The position numbers and the translations under genes were made by a program. From assembly GCA_010909165.1 (NCBI GenBank), contig MU008200.1:1-64000 (forward strand): a DNA stretch of 64,000 bases, read 5' to 3'. Each line of letters opens with the position of its first letter. Position 1 is the first letter of the stretch. The notes beneath the pieces are model-generated. The model worked only from the letters and a program-made list of their open reading frames with translations, was not told the origin of the DNA and made no database searches. Source of the stretch: Anthoceros angustus (Eukaryota; Plantae; Anthocerotophyta). This document shows positions 59,649 through 64,000 of the stretch, piece by piece.

Positions 59649-60547
59649 CTATTTCCCATGGAGCTGAGAAATTCCGCTGGGGACAATTGCAACCACTCCT
59701 GGCTTTCCTGTTCCACACATCCCAAACGATGATCAGGAGAACTTCATTCACGACTGTCAAAGAATCCACTGTTCGGAATGCCGCATACCACTGAGACTGG
59801 CGACCTCATCAGGGCTCAACTTCGCTGAGAAGCCGTAAACAGTGTGACTGTAACTGTACAGAATTGCGCCCTTAGCAGCCTCCTCACTGCACAGAAGTGG
59901 ATTCACAGCAAGGTTAGTTCCCTAGCCAGCTACACTAGCTCTTTTGCTGCATCTCACTTGATGTCTGCAGATCCGCAGCCAAGTAATTGAGCTGGAACGA
60001 AGACATGTCACTTGTCTCAAAGATATACTTGTACCGTGGTGCTCGTACCGAAGCTGCAAACTATGAACAGCGCTAGTCGATGGGAGGTAAGAAGTAGAGG
60101 AAAGGTAACACAGGAAGCAACCAAAAGAGCTGAAAATCACAGCACCTGCCAACCACAGATGAGAGAATTTCGACATGCTTGGCTTGGGCGTCAGCTGGCA
60201 GGTCCGTGCTAGGCCTTTCAAGGTGCACTATGTAGACCTTCTTGTCAGACTGAGAGGGAACCTCGTTCTGATGACACAGACAGTGAGGGACGGCAACCCG
60301 AACGATTGACCTGATCTATGGAACACACACACACAACAGATGCAAGAGCCAAAGAGGAGACAACAGACACAAACATCCAGCACCTAGAACAGCACTCTCC
60401 TGCCTCATCACATCCAGCATCAAGGTACCCAACCGTTGCTTACGGGCGCCATGTACTCACCGTGGCCATGGCTGCAGATGGACCAGAGAATGCAATCCCA
60501 CAGCATAACGCGATGGACATAAGAAGGAGGACTGTAAAGGATCGCAT
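59649..60547 (-). CDS. Secreted subtilisin-propeptide-like inhibitor (I9 domain), 121 aa, 4 exons: 60547-60461, 60267-60146, 59886-59789, 59707-59649
   Basis: Signal peptide MRSFTVLLLMSIALCCGIAFS; KVYIVHL...HVEILSSVVGSEEAAKGAILYSYSHTVYGFSAKLSPDEV...KPGVVAIVPS; exons sum to 366 nt. Not in the ORF track because of the introns. Confidence 0.88.
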
Positions 60548-60712
60548 TGCTGGCGGACGTTCGTCGCTTCCGACGACAAGTGGTGAACCGGTTATCCGCC
60601 CTCTGGCCCCTTCTTCCTCAAGCAAGAAAGCGCGTATCGTGCGAACCTATTCACACGGCCTTTCCCTTAGGGCTGAAGGGAGGTTGGAGGAGGGGATTGG
60701 CAGAACGCAACG

Positions 60713-61282
60713 ATGTTGAGATGCCGGAGTGGCATCAGGCGGCTTGCTTCTTGCTCTTCCACCTCCCCGTCTCCCTCCATCCCCTCCAATGGCGCAGAAG
60801 TTGGAGAATTCGGTGTGACATCCTCACCGGAATGCATCAGCAACTTTGTTCGGAGACTCTCGGGTGTGGCTGCATTGCTCTCTCGTGCTGGACCGGCTTT
60901 CAGTTGCGGCCAATCCATCGATTCCGCTGCTTTGTCTCGTGCGTTTTTGGCTGAGAGCGGGAGATCTGGTTCTGGCATACAGTTCTTTGCTAGGCAGTAT
61001 GCGAGAGAGGCGAGCAAGGAGGATTACAGGGAAGAAGTTGATGACATCAATTCGAAGTTTGCGGAAGCCAGAGATGACATAGAGATGGCTCTGGAGTCCA
61101 AGGAGACCGTCTACTTCAACACTGAGATGGAGGCTGCCAAAGCTAGTGTGAAGGAAGTTCTGGATAAGTACCAGGCGTTGCTGGCGAGGTTGCCTGAAGC
61201 TGACAAGGGAGTGATTCAGAGATCCATGGGGCTTAAGATGGAGCAGCTGAAAGCTGAGCTCCAACAGCTGCTGGAGGACTGA
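60713..61282 (+). CDS. Conserved plant 'embryogenesis-like' protein, predicted mitochondrial, 189 aa, intronless
   Basis: Arg/Ser-rich presequence; EVDDINSKFAEARDDIEMALESKETVYF...QRSMGLKMEQLKAEL matches my recollection of the At1g71730-like family. Confidence 0.8.
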   Translation: MLRCRSGIRRLASCSSTSPSPSIPSNGAEVGEFGVTSSPECISNFVRRLSGVAALLSRAGPAFSCGQSIDSAALSRAFLAESGRSGSGIQFFARQYAREASKEDYREEVDDINSKFAEARDDIEMALESKETVYFNTEMEAAKASVKEVLDKYQALLARLPEADKGVIQRSMGLKMEQLKAELQQLLED

Positions 61283-62036
61283 GCCCCAGGGCGGACCAGG
61301 GCATGTGGAGTGGAGTCACTTGATTCGTGCTCCAGGCACTTCCGTTCAATGCCATTAGGTTTGCCTTCTGGGTGATCTGTTGTGCTAGCGGCCTCCGAGA
61401 GAGATGAGACACATGCACGGGCAGCTTCCGTTGATGTTAGCGATTGTGTATCCAGTAAACACCTTGTTGCTCATGGTACTTTAGATTTTAGGCTAGCATT
61501 TCTTACTGGCCATAAAGCTTTGAATCCCAAAGGCTCTCTGTTGTTCCATTAACTCGATGGACGACAAAAAATAGAGATGGAGAATTTCGAGCTGGCAGAC
61601 ATTGCAGAACAAGTCCCATCGTGATTGAAGCAAGCATGGGAAACTCTGTGCCAGTATGTAGTAAGCCTCGGTAATTGGCCCCGCCCACCTGCTACAAGGC
61701 CGCATATCCAGCGCTTGAAGCTAGCATTGTGGGCGCTTAAGGCTTAGAGACGCATGATGTGTTATTCATGCGAGCAATCGTTTCGTCCGTCAGAAAGGGG
61801 ACTAGGACCTAGGAAGGAGCAGCTGCAGACACACCTGGTTGACCACCACTGTTTCACTGACTATGTACGAGATGCATGAGCACTGAGGCACTTTGGTTGT
61901 CCACGTCTCTGCACACTTTTCATGGTTGGAGGAAAAGCTCACACTCTGAAGCCAGATCCAGTCTTTCTTGGCACTGGTCCAGGATCATTGTTTCAAAAAT
62001 CAATCTGACCTTCACTAGGTTACGAAGGCATGAGTC

Positions 62037-63558
62037 TCACTTCAGCTTTGTACAGAATTTAGGGAGATCAATGAGGTGAATTCTAGGAACATCCTCTGCT
62101 GCCTTTCTCTCGCTTTCTGTATTATAACCCCACGTCCCTAGAAGAAAATGAAACTGTCAGTTTAAGCACAAGTACACAGTCTTCAAACTTGGGGCGGGGG
62201 CACAGCTCTCTACCTAAATACAGATTCCACTTGTCTAGATCATGTTCCTTGATAACGTTACGCAAAGTTGCAAGTCGGTCCTCCACAAAACTGCTTTACC
62301 ATGGTACAACGACAGTCCCGTAGTCCAATTTGTCAGGCATGGAACACTGTGGAAGGAACCGCCACAGAAAGCAAATTCGGGAAACAACAGAACCACTCAC
62401 TGCAGTGTCAATCCTTGATGTTCAGGTTGACTTTGGAGCTGCTTCAAAACCTCAACCTTAGGTCTGGGAGCACAGCAAGAAGAAAGTATCTCATGAGCAC
62501 AATTTGAAAGAGAAACAACAGGAGAGACTAACAGAGTAAAGTTGGTTACCCGGATCCCAGTCCATAAATCCTTTCAGTTGGAAACTCCACGGCAGCCAAT
62601 TCTTTAAGCAAAGCAGCAGCAAACCGAGTCTGGACATGGGGCATCAACCTGTTTAGCCGGCAGTAATGGAGCAGGGCAGCTCCTAAGAAGGAAAGAGGGC
62701 AGCCACCTGCTTGGTCGTGACAATGTACAGCTCAGACGTTGAGAACTTCAGGGAGTCTGCAACACCAGGATAGAACCTGCCGGCCTTACAAGGCGTTACA
62801 CCACCTTCTGAAAAAGGCCGTGCGATGTGCAACCTGTGATTTGAAGAGCAAGATGTGTCACCTGTTGGCAGCAATCCACCCGTGCAAGTCTTCCGCTATC
62901 CACTGGTCTCTGACATTGCCAAACAGTTCCACCAGCTCCTTCATATCATTCTCGTTCCAGTCCTCCATGACGGACGCTTTCAAAATCTCCCATTTTTCCA
63001 AGATATCTTCCACTCTGAGCCCTTCTGCCACCTTCCCCACAACCCACATGAGAAGCACTGGTGGAGACAACCGCAAACAACTTCGAATGAAGAAAAGACT
63101 AGGCAGTCGATCTAGATGCACGCATTACTTTCGACCGCCGAATCTGTGGACGTCGCAACTCCAACAACAACCTCACAAGCAAGAGGTTCTCATACCCAGT
63201 CTCCACCACGGGCCGCACCTGAACATGTGCAAGCACACTTGAGCAACCCAACACAAACGGGATCGTGACGCAGCGAGTTCTTCAAAATCCACAGCTTACG
63301 GTTCGCATGTTATCCAACAGCCATGCCTCCAGCTCCTCATCAACGTCTTTGAAGATCTCTGGCCACCTTACTTTCGCTGCCTGCAAACAACCCACAAGAA
63401 GGAAGCATTGGGAATCCCAAATTGAGTGTGAGCTGGAGCACAGCCATGCAATGCGATGCAATACTGGGCTGAGGTGAAACCTTAATGGCGGACAAGGACG
63501 ATTCCCCGCAGCTGTCACATAGCACTCCATCGAAATCCAGTGCATAGAGATGCCCCAT
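62037..63558 (-). CDS. HAD-superfamily hydrolase (At2g45990-like), 9 exons
   Basis: LYALDFDGVLCDSCGES (HAD motif I), RPVVETGYE, NRFYPGV, IVTTKQ, GPKVEVL, HFVEDRLATL, WGYNT. Exons 63558-63481, 63380-63300, 63218-63129, 63031-62862, 62776-62707, 62629-62550, 62463-62401, 62290-62214, 62137-62037 keep phase. Confidence 0.92.
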
Positions 63559-63744
63559 GCCTGATGTGTCCTGCAGACGAGAAATCTCGGCGAGTTTCAC
63601 TGAAACGAGTACATAGGCATACATAAAAGGAAATAACATCAACCGTTGTTTAGGAGCAAACCTACCAAAGAGAGGCCAGCAGTACAAGGACCTCTAATAG
63701 AAGAGCTGTGTTACGTTATTCCCGTTGTTGGTGGCGAGGGTACC

Positions 63745-63972
63745 ATGTCGAGCAGCAGCGCGGTTCCGCCATGGCGTCAGCCCAAGCCTCCGGAAAAGAA
63801 GGACCAGTACAAGCATCTGAACATGAAGGCTGTGAAGGAGCCCGGGCAGGCAGCCGTTATGTACGCCCCACCTGCGAGCAAGAAGGGCGCGCAGAAAGCC
63901 ACGACAGAGACCGACGAGACCATGTTCGATTTTGATCCGGAGCTCAAACTTGCTTTCCAGAGGAATTTCCAG
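63745..63972 (+). CDS. First exon of a small conserved plant protein (DPELKLAFQRNFQ motif); gene continues beyond the window
   Basis: ATG at 63745, open to a GT donor at 63973; the motif recalls an uncharacterised plant family; function unknown. Confidence 0.55.
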
Positions 63973-64000
63973 GTTTGAGCCAAACGCTGGGGGCTTTCAT

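Noticed and set aside
62037-63558. Calling this gene an rRNA methyltransferase, a label I recall on some homologues
   Set aside because: The sequence shows HAD motifs (DFDGV) and no SAM-binding motif.

Overview
Eukaryotic nuclear DNA, most likely from a seed-free land plant (bryophyte, hornwort, lycophyte or fern; inferred from gene content, short introns and PLS-type PPRs), in three zones. (1) 1-~880 is a GC-rich bacterial-type two-gene operon fragment (RraA/HMG-aldolase family plus an ATGA-coupled ORF) joined abruptly to the polypurine tract of a plant Ty3/gypsy remnant. (2) ~880-35,300 is a transposon and pseudogene zone: several Ty3/gypsy remnants; one 9.9-kb chromovirus with both LTRs, PBS, PPT and a GCCTT target-site duplication; two one-ended CACTA-type elements; scattered PLS-class PPR fragments (some inside the retroelement and beside the CACTA ends); tandem duplications; and two orphan ORF types. 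(3) ~35,300-64,000 is gene-dense. Splice models that close in frame give a class III peroxidase, a sideroflexin, a twin-arginine-signal LEA-like plastid protein, PsaG, an EMB1006-like P-class PPR, an I9 propeptide-like inhibitor, a mitochondrial 'embryogenesis-like' protein and a HAD hydrolase. This zone also holds a PLS-E PPR pseudogene, a class II small HSP apparently fused to a novel duplicated domain, a tRNA-Pro-derived SINE-like element and a LINE remnant. Most interesting leads: PPR fragments carried as transposon cargo, the sHSP fusion, the predicted lumenal LEA-like protein, a two-copy orphan protein family, and the bacterial junction (HGT versus chimera). All family calls are by motif recognition only; no searches were run. 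Indel-rich duplications suggest that some lesions may be long-read errors.
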